From: Chthoniobacteraceae bacterium
Lineage (GTDB): Bacteria > Verrucomicrobiota > Verrucomicrobiia > Chthoniobacterales > Chthoniobacteraceae
Length of the DNA: 64,000 nucleotides
Direction of reading: 5' to 3'
Assembly (NCBI GenBank): GCA_040081625.1
Contig: JBEBGD010000010.1
Coordinates: forward strand, 1 to 64,000
Each line of letters starts with the position of its first letter. Position 1 is the stretch's first letter. The position numbers and the translations under genes were made by a program. Shown in pieces: positions 19,480 through 28,800 of the stretch. The notes under the pieces are model-generated. The model saw only the letters and a program-made list of their open reading frames with translations, was not told the DNA's origin and searched no databases.

Positions 19480-20037
19480 ATGAAACCAGTTCTCGCTCTC
19501 GTCGCTCTCAGCCTGTCCCTCACCGCATTCGCGGCGGGCCCCGTCAATACCGTCTGCCCCGTCAGCGGGAAGGCGGCGGACCCGAAAATTACGTCCACGT
19601 ATGAAGAAACGACCTACGCATTCTTCGACGACACCTGTCGCAAGAAGTTCGAGGCCGACCGCGCCGCCAGCCTTTACCAGCAACTCGGCGGCAAGGCTGC
19701 GATCGAGGCGGCGGTGGAGCTTTTCTACGTCAAGGTCCTCGCTGATTCCCGCGTGAATTCCTACTTCAAGGACATCAACATGACCCGCCAGAAGAAGAAG
19801 CAGAAAGAGTTTCTCTCGATGGCGCTGGGTGCTCCGACGAAATACACGGGCGCGGATCTGCGCACCGCGCACCGCGAACTTCCCGGCCTCAACGACACGC
19901 ACTTCAATGCGATCGCCGAGCATCTCCAGGCGACGCTCGCGGAACTCAAGGTGGACAAGGCGCTCATCGATAAAACGCTGGCGATCGTCGAGACCACACG
20001 CGCCGACGTGCTCAACCGGAAGCCGGCCGGCAAGTGA
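19480..20037 (+). CDS. Signal peptide + YHS-like domain + group I truncated hemoglobin
   Basis: MKPVLALVALSLSLTAFAA; NTVCPVSGK...TYAF...CRKKF; SLYQQLGGKAAIEAAVELFYVKVLAD, YTGADLRTAH, HFNAIAEHL. Confidence 0.88.
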   Translation: MKPVLALVALSLSLTAFAAGPVNTVCPVSGKAADPKITSTYEETTYAFFDDTCRKKFEADRAASLYQQLGGKAAIEAAVELFYVKVLADSRVNSYFKDINMTRQKKKQKEFLSMALGAPTKYTGADLRTAHRELPGLNDTHFNAIAEHLQATLAELKVDKALIDKTLAIVETTRADVLNRKPAGK

Positions 20038-20055
20038 CCCGCTGCGGGGCGGCGC

Positions 20056-20781
20056 TCAGTCCGCCTCGCCGAGACTCGCGCGGAACTGCGCTTCGAGCCG
20101 CTGCGGCGCGAGGATGCGGATGCGTTTGCCCTCGACCTCGATCTGCCCGGCGTCGCGCAACTTTGCCAGCGCGCGGGAGAGCGTTTCGTTTCGCGTGCTG
20201 AGTTCGGCGGCGAGGACCGACTTGGTCACGTCGAGCGCGATCTCCACCGGCGTTTCCGTGCGCGGCCTTGGGCAGCGCTTGAGCAGCCAGTTGATGAGGC
20301 GCGTCTCGACATCCTTGCCCTGCAAATCCTCGATCGCATTGACGAGCAGGCGCAGGTGCTGACTCATCGAGCCGATCATTCGCAGCGCGATGTCCGCGTG
20401 CGACCGGATGAGCGCGAGGAATTCCTCGCGCGGCACAAAGAGCAGTTCGCAATCCTCGACCACTCGCGCACTCGCCGGGTAGCCGCCCTCGCTCGCCAGC
20501 GCTCCCTCGGCGAAGGACTGCCCCGCGCGGAAAACGTGAATCACCTTCTCGGCTCCATCTGCTCCGATGCGATGCACGTTCACCGCTCCGTGGCGGATGA
20601 TGAAGAACCCGCGTGCCTTCTCGCCCTCGCGAAACAAAACGTCGCCACGCCGGGCGCTTCGCACCTGCACGAACCCGGCGACCTTCCCGAGGTCGTCCGC
20701 CCGCATGTCCGCGAACATGCTGCACCCGCGCAAGGCCGCTGCCTGTGCGGCGAGTCGCAGTTCATGGAACTTGTCCGGCAT
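20056..20781 (-). CDS. Crp/Fnr-family regulator (DNR/NnrR/HcpR-like)
   Basis: LFREGE, GQSFAE, YPASA, HTH LAAELSTRNETLSRALAKL; no N-terminal Cys cluster of FNR. Confidence 0.92.
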   Translation of the reverse strand: MPDKFHELRLAAQAAALRGCSMFADMRADDLGKVAGFVQVRSARRGDVLFREGEKARGFFIIRHGAVNVHRIGADGAEKVIHVFRAGQSFAEGALASEGGYPASARVVEDCELLFVPREEFLALIRSHADIALRMIGSMSQHLRLLVNAIEDLQGKDVETRLINWLLKRCPRPRTETPVEIALDVTKSVLAAELSTRNETLSRALAKLRDAGQIEVEGKRIRILAPQRLEAQFRASLGEAD

Positions 20782-20783
20782 CG

Positions 20784-21575
20784 CTACGCCGGCACGAAGA
20801 ACTCCGACACGCGCTCGATCTTCACCGCCTTGCCGGTGGCTTCGTCGATGTCGATCATCGCGCCCTGCAGCTTCACCGGGCCTTTCGCCACGGGATACAT
20901 GACGGGGCGACCGGTGAGAAAGCGCTGGATGATCGGCTCGACCTCGCGACCGAGACACGACTCGCTCGGGCCGCACATCCCGGCGTCGCAGAGGAAGGCG
21001 GTGCCGCCTGGAAAAAGCTGATCGTCCGCGGTCTGCGTGTGCGTGTGCGTGCCGACGACCGCGCTCACGCGGCCATCGAGGAAGCGACCCATCGCGATCT
21101 TCTCGCTCGTCGTCTCGGCGTGGACATCGACGAAAATAACCGGTGTCTGCTCGCGCAGGCGCGCGACTTCCTTGTCGATGGCGAGGAACGGATTCTCGAG
21201 CGGGGGCTGCATGAAAGTGCGCCCCTGCACGTTCACGACAGCGATCTTCCCCTTCGCGGTATCGAGCACGATCGAGCCATTGCCGGGCGTGCCGGCGGGG
21301 TAATTGAGCGGACGCAGCAAGCGCGGCTCGGTGTCGAGATACGGCACGACTTCGCGCTGGTCCCAGATGTGATCGCCGCTGGTGATCACCGCGACGCCGC
21401 AGCGGAGCAGGTCGATGCTGATCTTCGGCGTGATGCCGCGGCCGGCGGCGGAGTTCTCACCGTTGACGACGATGAAGTCGATGCCGCGCTCCGTGCGCCA
21501 TTTCGGGATGGAGTCGATGACCGCGGTGCGGCCGGGTTCGCCGATGATGTCGCCAAGAAAGAGAAGTCGGAGCAT
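20784..21575 (-). CDS. ymdB: YmdB/TIGR00282 metallophosphoesterase
   Basis: LFLGDIIGEPGR, NGENSAAGRG, DVHAETTSEK, GTHTHTQTAD. Confidence 0.93.
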   Translation of the reverse strand: MLRLLFLGDIIGEPGRTAVIDSIPKWRTERGIDFIVVNGENSAAGRGITPKISIDLLRCGVAVITSGDHIWDQREVVPYLDTEPRLLRPLNYPAGTPGNGSIVLDTAKGKIAVVNVQGRTFMQPPLENPFLAIDKEVARLREQTPVIFVDVHAETTSEKIAMGRFLDGRVSAVVGTHTHTQTADDQLFPGGTAFLCDAGMCGPSESCLGREVEPIIQRFLTGRPVMYPVAKGPVKLQGAMIDIDEATGKAVKIERVSEFFVPA

Positions 21576-21585
21576 GGGGCTGTGT

Positions 21586-21615
21586 AACCACAGAGGGCAC
21601 GGAGGGCACAGAGGA
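21586..21615. repeat. Solo arm of the CACAGAG REP-like element
   Basis: aaccacagagggcacggagggcacagagga, 9-bp period, same unit as 17006. Confidence 0.65.
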
Positions 21616-21659
21616 TTCTTTTCGCCGCGCCGCCGGGTGTCGGCTAGAGGCTCGCAACC

Positions 21660-22880
21660 GTGTTGCGTCCCGTTTTCCTCGCCTTCGTGCTCACAGTGCC
21701 CTGCTTGGTATTTCCGGCGTTCGCGGAAAACCTCAGCCCGGTCGCCGAGCGGCCGGATTGGACAGCACTCGAGAAGTATCAGGGGACGATCACGCGGACG
21801 GATTTCGTGCGACTGCTCGACGAGGTGTATGCGCCGCGCGACGCGGCGACGGGGTTGATCGATGTGAACGAGGAGCGCGCGAGCATCGTGATGCGACTCG
21901 GCGAGGACGAGCGGTTCACGCTGCGGTTTGCGAAGGACGCGGCTTCCGCGAAGGCGCCGCCGCGATTCTGGCGTGAGGGGCAGCCGCTCGCGGGGCTGCG
22001 CGTGGCGCTCGATCCGGGGCATCTCGGCGGCGAGTGGGCGCGGATGGAGGAACGGTGGTTCCGGATCGGCGGCGGCGCGCCGGTGGCGGAGGGCGATCTC
22101 ACGCTGCGCGTCGCGGAACTGCTCGCGCCGCAGCTCACCGCGCTCGGCGCGGAAGTGCTCTGGGTGCGGCGCGCGGCGGAGCCGGTGACGCCGAAACGGC
22201 CCGCGGATTTTTTCGACATGTCGCGGGCGTTTCTGAACGCGCAAGGCATCGCGAATCCGCGCGAGCGTTACGCGAGCATGGAGGAGAGCGGGCGCGGCGC
22301 GACGGTGCAGTCGCAAGCGGAGCTGCTCTTCTACCGGCAGGCGGAGATCCGGCATCGCGCGCACGTCGTGAATGAGGAGTTGAAGCCCGACCTCGTGCTG
22401 TGCCTGCACTTCAATGCCGACGCGTGGGGCGATCCGCGGCACCCGGCGCTGGTGGCGAACAATCATTTCCACGTGCTCGTGAATGGCTGCTACGCCGCGG
22501 GCGAACTGCGGCTCGACGACAACCGCTTCGAGATGCTTGAGCGACTGCTCGGCGGCATCACCGGCGAGGAGCATCGCGTGTCCACGATCGTCGCGCAGCA
22601 CATGGCTCGTGCGCTCGCGCTGCCGCCTTACATCTACACGCGCGACATCGCGAAGCGCGTGAACGCGAGCCCGTATGTGTGGGCGCGGAATCTTCTCGCG
22701 AACCGGCTCTACCGCTGCCCGGTCGTCTTCCTCGAGCCTTACGTGATGAATTCGCACGAGACGTGGGAGCGCGTGCAGGCGGGCGATTATGAAGGCGTGC
22801 GCGTGGTCGCCGGCAGCGCCCGCAAATCGCTCGTGCGCGAGTATGCGGACGCGATCGCCGAGGCGATGGCGAAACGCTAG
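21660..22880 (+). CDS. Secreted N-acetylmuramoyl-L-alanine amidase-like (Amidase_3) protein
   Basis: VALDPGHLGG, EGDLTLRVAELL, CLHFNA, VFLEPYVMN: the Zn-ligand pattern of Amidase_3. Confidence 0.7.
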   Translation: MLRPVFLAFVLTVPCLVFPAFAENLSPVAERPDWTALEKYQGTITRTDFVRLLDEVYAPRDAATGLIDVNEERASIVMRLGEDERFTLRFAKDAASAKAPPRFWREGQPLAGLRVALDPGHLGGEWARMEERWFRIGGGAPVAEGDLTLRVAELLAPQLTALGAEVLWVRRAAEPVTPKRPADFFDMSRAFLNAQGIANPRERYASMEESGRGATVQSQAELLFYRQAEIRHRAHVVNEELKPDLVLCLHFNADAWGDPRHPALVANNHFHVLVNGCYAAGELRLDDNRFEMLERLLGGITGEEHRVSTIVAQHMARALALPPYIYTRDIAKRVNASPYVWARNLLANRLYRCPVVFLEPYVMNSHETWERVQAGDYEGVRVVAGSARKSLVREYADAIAEAMAKR

Positions 22881-24268
22881 CGCGCGCCCGCGCCGCTCAA
22901 GACCACCGGCACAGTCTTCAAAAGAATCCGCAGATCGAGCCACAGGCTCCACTGGTCGATGTATTCGAGGTCCATCTTCACCCACTGCTCGAAGCTCTTC
23001 ACTTCATTGCGCCCGCTGATCTGCCACAGGCATGTGAGGCCCGGCTTCATCGAGAGCCGGCGGCGCTGCGCGGGCGTCTCGAATTTCTCCACCTCGTAGA
23101 GCGGCAGCGGACGCGGCCCGACCAGGCTCATCTCGCCGCGCAGCACGTTCCAGAGCTGCGGCAGCTCATCCATCGACGTGCGCCGCAGGATCCGGCCGAC
23201 GCGCGTCACGCGAGGATCCTTCTCCATTTTGAAAACCGGGCCGCTCATCTGGTTGAACTTCTGCATCTCCTCCTGCCGCATCTCCGCGTCTGTCTCCATC
23301 GTGCGGAACTTGAGCATCGTGAATGGCCGCCCGTGTCGCCCCGCGCGCGATTGGCGGAAGAGCACCGGCCCCGGAGAGCTGACGCGGATCGCGATCGCGA
23401 TCACGACAAACAGCGGCGCCAGCAGCAGCAGCCCGACGAGCGCGCCGAGCCGGTCGATGACGTCCTTGAGCAGCAGCGCCCAGCTTACCGCCGGCGTCGT
23501 GCGAACCACGAGCACGGGCCGCCCGGCGAGCGAATCGAACTCCGGCCGCGCGATGCTCGTGCGGATGAAGTCCGCCATCAGCCACGCCTCGACGCCTTCG
23601 ATTTCGCATGCGGAGATGTATTCCTGCATCCGCGAGAGGTCCGCGTGCGCGCTGGCGAAGATGACCCGTTCGACGCTGCGCTCGTGCAGCACCCGCACCA
23701 ACTCGCCGACCGACTGCCAGGTCGGGTTGATCTCCGCCACGATCTCCAGCTCCTGCGTCAGCTCGGCGGGAAAGGATTGTTTCAACTCCGCGACATCCGG
23801 CCCGCCGCCCACAAGCACCACGCGCTCGCGAAACGCCTCCGCCTTCATCCGGCGCCGGTAACGCGCGATCGAGAGCCGTTCGCGCAGCAGCAACGCGCCG
23901 CCGCCGAGCGCCACGAAGAGTGGCATCACCGCGCGGCTGGGCACATCGAGCCGGAAAAAATACGCCGCCACCGCGATCAGCAGTCCGAGCCAGATCGCTG
24001 CCCGCGCGAGCTGCTGGAGCGAACGTCCGAGGGTCTTCTGCAGCGGGTGCGCGTAGAAGCCCTGCATCTCCAGGATGATCGGGCCGAAGGGCATGATCAC
24101 GAAGAGCAGCCTCTGGAAATCGGAGAAGGGGCCGATCGGCTTGTTGAAGATCGCCCAGTCGCTGCCGACGAACCGCAGCGTGTGCGCGAGCCAGAACGCG
24201 ACGGACATGAGCAAGCCGTCGATGATCTGCAGGGACTGGATTTGGAGCTCTTGGCGGCGACCGAGCAT
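22877..24268 (-). CDS. Polyprenyl-phosphate glycosylphosphotransferase (WcaJ-type priming sugar transferase)
   Basis: KFRTM, DPRVTRVGRILRRTSMDELPQLWNVLRGEMSLVGPRP, KPGLTCLWQISGR. Confidence 0.95.
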   Translation of the reverse strand: MLGRRQELQIQSLQIIDGLLMSVAFWLAHTLRFVGSDWAIFNKPIGPFSDFQRLLFVIMPFGPIILEMQGFYAHPLQKTLGRSLQQLARAAIWLGLLIAVAAYFFRLDVPSRAVMPLFVALGGGALLLRERLSIARYRRRMKAEAFRERVVLVGGGPDVAELKQSFPAELTQELEIVAEINPTWQSVGELVRVLHERSVERVIFASAHADLSRMQEYISACEIEGVEAWLMADFIRTSIARPEFDSLAGRPVLVVRTTPAVSWALLLKDVIDRLGALVGLLLLAPLFVVIAIAIRVSSPGPVLFRQSRAGRHGRPFTMLKFRTMETDAEMRQEEMQKFNQMSGPVFKMEKDPRVTRVGRILRRTSMDELPQLWNVLRGEMSLVGPRPLPLYEVEKFETPAQRRRLSMKPGLTCLWQISGRNEVKSFEQWVKMDLEYIDQWSLWLDLRILLKTVPVVLSGAGAR

Positions 24269-24365
24269 TGGGGAGTCCCTACCATATGCATCTGCCTGCG
24301 GAAAATGCACGATGGAGGATGAAGGCGGGCATCGCGAATCTTGCATCCCGCATCCGCAAAGGCAT

Positions 24366-25061
24366 ATGGCAGCCATGCCTTTGCCCCGCACGCCCGCCAC
24401 CGTCGGCACGATCCATTCGCCCGCCGCGCTGCGCGAAGCCCTCGACCTGCCGCTTGGCGCCGTCGATTTTCTCGAGGTCCGCGTCGATCACTTCGTGCGC
24501 GATCTCGCGCCACTGCGCCGCGCGATCCCGAAGCTCAAGGCGCCGCTGATCGTCACCGTGCGGCACCCCGCCGAGGGCGGCGCGGCGAAGCTCGGCTACG
24601 CGATGCGGGCGGCGCTCTACCGCGAGTTCATGCCGGTGGCGGCGTTCATCGACATCGAGCTGCGCAGCGCCCACGCCATGCGCGCCGTGCTCGAGGAAGC
24701 GAAGGAGGCGAAGGTCGGCCGCATCGTCTCGTGGCACAACTTCATCACCACGCCGCCGGTCGAGAAGCTGCGCGCGCGCTGGCTCGCCGCGCGCGCCCAT
24801 TCGCCGGACGTGATCAAGTTCGCCACCCGCGCCCGCACCGCCGCTCACCTCGCGACGCTGCTCACCTTCCTCGCGCACGCGCCGCGCAAGCCGGGACTCA
24901 GCGTGATGGGGATGCGCGAGTTCGGGCAGATCAGCCGACTCGCGCTCGCCGCCGCCGGCAGCGTGCTGAACTACGGCTACCTCGGCGAACAACAACTCGC
25001 CGGCCAATGGCCCGCGCCGCTGCTCAGCGACCGGCTCGCGGAGCTGAATCCCCCGGAGTGA
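24366..25061 (+). CDS. aroD: Type I 3-dehydroquinate dehydratase
   Basis: LEVRVD, IVTVRHPAEGG, IDIEL, IVSWHNF, IKFA, MGMREFGQISR, GQW. Confidence 0.88.
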   Translation: MAAMPLPRTPATVGTIHSPAALREALDLPLGAVDFLEVRVDHFVRDLAPLRRAIPKLKAPLIVTVRHPAEGGAAKLGYAMRAALYREFMPVAAFIDIELRSAHAMRAVLEEAKEAKVGRIVSWHNFITTPPVEKLRARWLAARAHSPDVIKFATRARTAAHLATLLTFLAHAPRKPGLSVMGMREFGQISRLALAAAGSVLNYGYLGEQQLAGQWPAPLLSDRLAELNPPE

Positions 25062-25861
25062 ATTCGACCCGCCCGCTTCTCGCGTTCCTCGCACTCGCCT
25101 TCGCCGCCCACGCGCAGGAAGTCGGCCCCGCGAAGGGCGCGCTGGTCGTCATCGGTGGCGGCGGGAAGAGCGGGGCTATCATCGAGCGCTTCGTCGCGCT
25201 CGCGGGCGGGCGCGATGGCTTCATCCTCGTGGTGCCGACGGCGGACGAAAAGGATCCCGCCGACACGGAGCGCTGCCCCGGCGTCGCGATGCTGCGCAAC
25301 GCGGGCGCGGGCGAGGTGGCGATGCTGCACACTCGCGATCGTGCTGTCGCGGACAGCGAGGAATTTACAGCGCCGCTCCGGCGCGCGACGGGCGTGTGGC
25401 TCGGCGGCGGGCGGCAGTGGCGCTTCGCGGACGCGTATCTCGGGACGCGGACGCAGCGCGAGCTTTTCGGCGTGCTCGCGCGCGGCGGCGCGATCGGCGG
25501 CTCGTCGGCGGGCGCGACGATCCAGGGTTCGTTTCTCGTGCGCGGGTCGCCGCTGGGAAATCAGATCATGGTCGCGCCCGATCATCTCGAGGGATTCGGC
25601 TTCCTGCGAAACTGCGCGATCGACCAGCACGTGAACACGCGCGGCCGCGAGCGCGATCTCGTGCCGGTGATCGCCGGGCGTCCGCACCTGCTCGGCATCG
25701 GGCTCGATGAAGACACGGCGATCGTCGTGCGCGGCGACGTGGCCGAGGTGATCGGCGCGGGCATCGCGCGCTTTCACGACTCAAAGCACGAGCACTGGCA
25801 GGAGCTGCGCGCGGGGCAGAGCTTCGATCTGCGGCGGCGCGCGATCCTCGCCTCGCCATGA
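25058..25861 (+). CDS. Cyanophycinase / peptidase S51 with signal peptide
   Basis: LVVIGGG, VVPTA, GVWLGGGRQ, GGSSAGA, IDQH..RGR, GIGLDEDTA. Confidence 0.9.
   Translation: MNSTRPLLAFLALAFAAHAQEVGPAKGALVVIGGGGKSGAIIERFVALAGGRDGFILVVPTADEKDPADTERCPGVAMLRNAGAGEVAMLHTRDRAVADSEEFTAPLRRATGVWLGGGRQWRFADAYLGTRTQRELFGVLARGGAIGGSSAGATIQGSFLVRGSPLGNQIMVAPDHLEGFGFLRNCAIDQHVNTRGRERDLVPVIAGRPHLLGIGLDEDTAIVVRGDVAEVIGAGIARFHDSKHEHWQELRAGQSFDLRRRAILASP
25736..25761 (+). repeat. 26-bp direct repeat, left copy (inside cyanophycinase)
   Basis: gacgtggccgaggtgatcggcgcggg, identical to 30456-30481. Confidence 0.95.
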
Positions 25862-25871
25862 CAGCCGCGGA

Positions 25872-28800
25872 TCAAGGGCGCGTCACTTCGAGCCGCGCAA
25901 AGCGGCGCGACACGCCGACCGGAACTGGCACGGTGACTTTGATCTGCTGCGTCGTGCCGTCGTCGCTGAGCACCATCGGCGCGCTGACGCCTGCGGTGCT
26001 CCAGTCGTTGAGCAAAGTATCGCTCCAGACAACGGTGAGGGTGACATCCGTGGCGGACTTGTTCTTCGTGTAGATGAAGTCGAGGCCGCCCGCGGTCTTG
26101 GTGACGGAACACGGAGCGTCGTTGCTCGAGTTGGGGTCTGTGCCGGTGCCGTATTCGACGAGGTTGCGGAGGCCATCGTCATCCTTGTCGGCAGTGTCGG
26201 CGAATTCGCCGGTGTTCGCGGTCGTGCCGAAATGCGTGAAACGCCAGGACTCGACCGGCGTGACGACATCGAAGCTGACTGTGCTGCCCGCGGTCTGTCC
26301 TCCGACGTTGGCGACAGGATGCGTGGCGAGCCGGGCGACATCGGCCGGGCTTAGCGCTTCCGAGAAGATGGCGAGGTCGGCGAGGGATCCATTCAGCCAA
26401 CGGTCGAGGACACTGGTCGAACCGGGCGCTCCCCATTTTACGGGCTTCGTATTGGTGAAGCCGAAGGCGAAGGAAGTGTCGCTGCCGGCGGGCGCGCCGT
26501 CCACGTAGAGACTCAGCGTGGTGCCGCTGCGGGTGACGGCGAAGTGATGCCATGCACCGGTGGCGACGTTTGGCCTGCTGATGAGGGCATCCTGCGTCGA
26601 GCCGTTGTAATTTCGCAGATCGAGCGTGGTGCTGCCGCCGTAGAAGGCGAGCGTCATCGCATTGCTGCCGTAGCCACCGGAGTCGCCGAGGTGCAGGATC
26701 ACGTCGATGTTCGCGGCGACTGCGCGCTTGAACCATCCGGCGAAGGTCCAGTCAGCGTCTTTCAGGTCCAGTTCGGCGGGCGTGATGACTCGCTCGATTC
26801 GAGAGCCACCGTCGGTCCCGTTTTCGGTGAGGATCACACTCTGCGGTTCCTGCGGCAGCAGCGCGGCAGGCGCATCGGTGGTGAAACTCGTGCCGCCGGT
26901 GCCCTGGATATTGAACGTGCCATCGCGGCCATTCCCCGATGAATCGGCGGCGCTCGCCGACTGGAAGCGGTAGTTCAGCATCGTGCGCGGGTCGGCGGTG
27001 GTGTCGATGACCGCATAGTCGAACGTGGCGGAGCCCGTGTAGCCCGGCGCTGGCGTGAAGCGCGCGGTGTGGCCATCGGCGAGCAGCGTGACGGTGCCGT
27101 TGACCGCGCCACTTGCCGTGAAGCGAAGGTCGGAGAGCGGCGTGTCGGCGTCGCTCACGAGGGAGCGGAGATCGATGTCCGTGGGGGTATTTTTCAGCAC
27201 CATGAAACCAGCGTCTGCGGCCGTCGGAGGGTAGGAAATGTCGAGCCGGTGAACGAGGCTCGTCTTGCTCAAGCCATTCGCATCGGTGGCCACCGCGGTG
27301 AGCAAGTGCGTGCCGCTGTCGAGGCTGGCATCGACGGAGTAAGGAGCCGTGGTGTCCGTGCCGAGCAGCGTCGCGCCGTCGTAGAATGCGACGCTTGTCA
27401 CCGCGCCATCCGTCGGCTGCGCGTCGGCGGAAATGCTCATCGTAGTGGTGTGCGGAACATAGGCGCCATCGGCGGGGCTGGTGATCGCCACGGTGGGCGG
27501 CGTGTGCCCGAGCGAGAGCACGAGTTGCGGGCGATTCCCGGTCGTGCCGTTTTCACGCGAGCCGTAGGTCACGTAGCCATCCGCGGTCTGCGTCGTCGCA
27601 TATACTTTGAACGAAACGAGACCGCTGCCCGCGATGGCCGGCGTGACATCGCCGCTGGTCGGCACCCCGGTCGCGGGCGTCCACGTGGAAAGCACCGCGG
27701 CATTCGCGGCGGGTTTGTTATTCCAGGTGATGCCGCCCGCGCCGGACTCGATCCACGAGTTGTCGCTCACGAGCGCGACACCATTCACGCCGGGCGTGCT
27801 GGTGGAGAGCGGCATCAGATTGAGCGAGGCACCCACGAGCACGCCGTTCCACGCGGGAACATCGAAGCGCAGATAGGACTCGCGGTTAAACCCTGTGCCG
27901 CTCTTCTTCACGATGAGCGTGCTGCCCGTGCCGAAGTTCGAGTCCACGCTTGCCGCGGCATCATACACGTAGGCATCGGCCACCGGCGTGACGGTTGTCG
28001 TCTGCGGCGTGCCGACGTAAAAACGGGCGCGGAAAGTTTTCCCCTGCGCGCCATTCACGCTCACCGTCATCGCGATACCCGGCGTGATTTGCGTGACCGT
28101 GACTCCCGCGTCGGCGCTGACCAGCGCATTGGCACTGGCCGCGATCTGCAGGTCGATGCTGCCGGTGTTGGCCTGCGTGGGATCGCTCACGGCCACGTCG
28201 ATGAAGGTGCCGTCGTTCTGCACGAGCACGCTGCACTTTTTGTTCGCGGTGACGATGCCGGCGGACTGCGTCGTGTCGGTCCAGAAATTGGCGGCGGTGA
28301 TGCCGAGCGTCGTCTCGCTCACGGCTTGCACGTTCGCATTGTTCACGAGGACGCTGACCTGCGGCGCCTCGGCATAGTTGCCCACGCGGCGCGCGGTCCG
28401 GCCCGGCAGCAGCACGTATTGATAAGTGGCGTTCGTCGGATTGCTGCCGTGCTCGAAACTCATCCGCAGAAAATTCCGCGTGATCGGCGTCGCCGAACTG
28501 CCGTCGTCGATGTCCGCAAATGCGCCGGTGCGCGCCTCGCGGAGAGCCGTGAGCGTCGGCGTCTGCGGAAAAAAGTAGCCGATATCCGCGCCCGGCGCCG
28601 TGCCGGCGAGATGCGCCCAATTCACGCCCGGCATCGACTCGGTCCACCCGAGGGCGGAAGGCTTCGCGACGCCGTTGACGGTGAAGACGTTCGTGCCCGT
28701 GCCGGAGAGTTTCCGGTTCTCCACGGTGGTCTCGATCGGGCGGCTGTCGGTGCTCGTGATGCCCGCGCCGAGGCAGACGATTTCGTCGTCGAACATGAAC

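Noticed and set aside
20784..22985. 733-aa N-terminally extended YmdB
   Set aside because: The extension is the antisense of the amidase-like gene; the family N-terminus begins at 21575.
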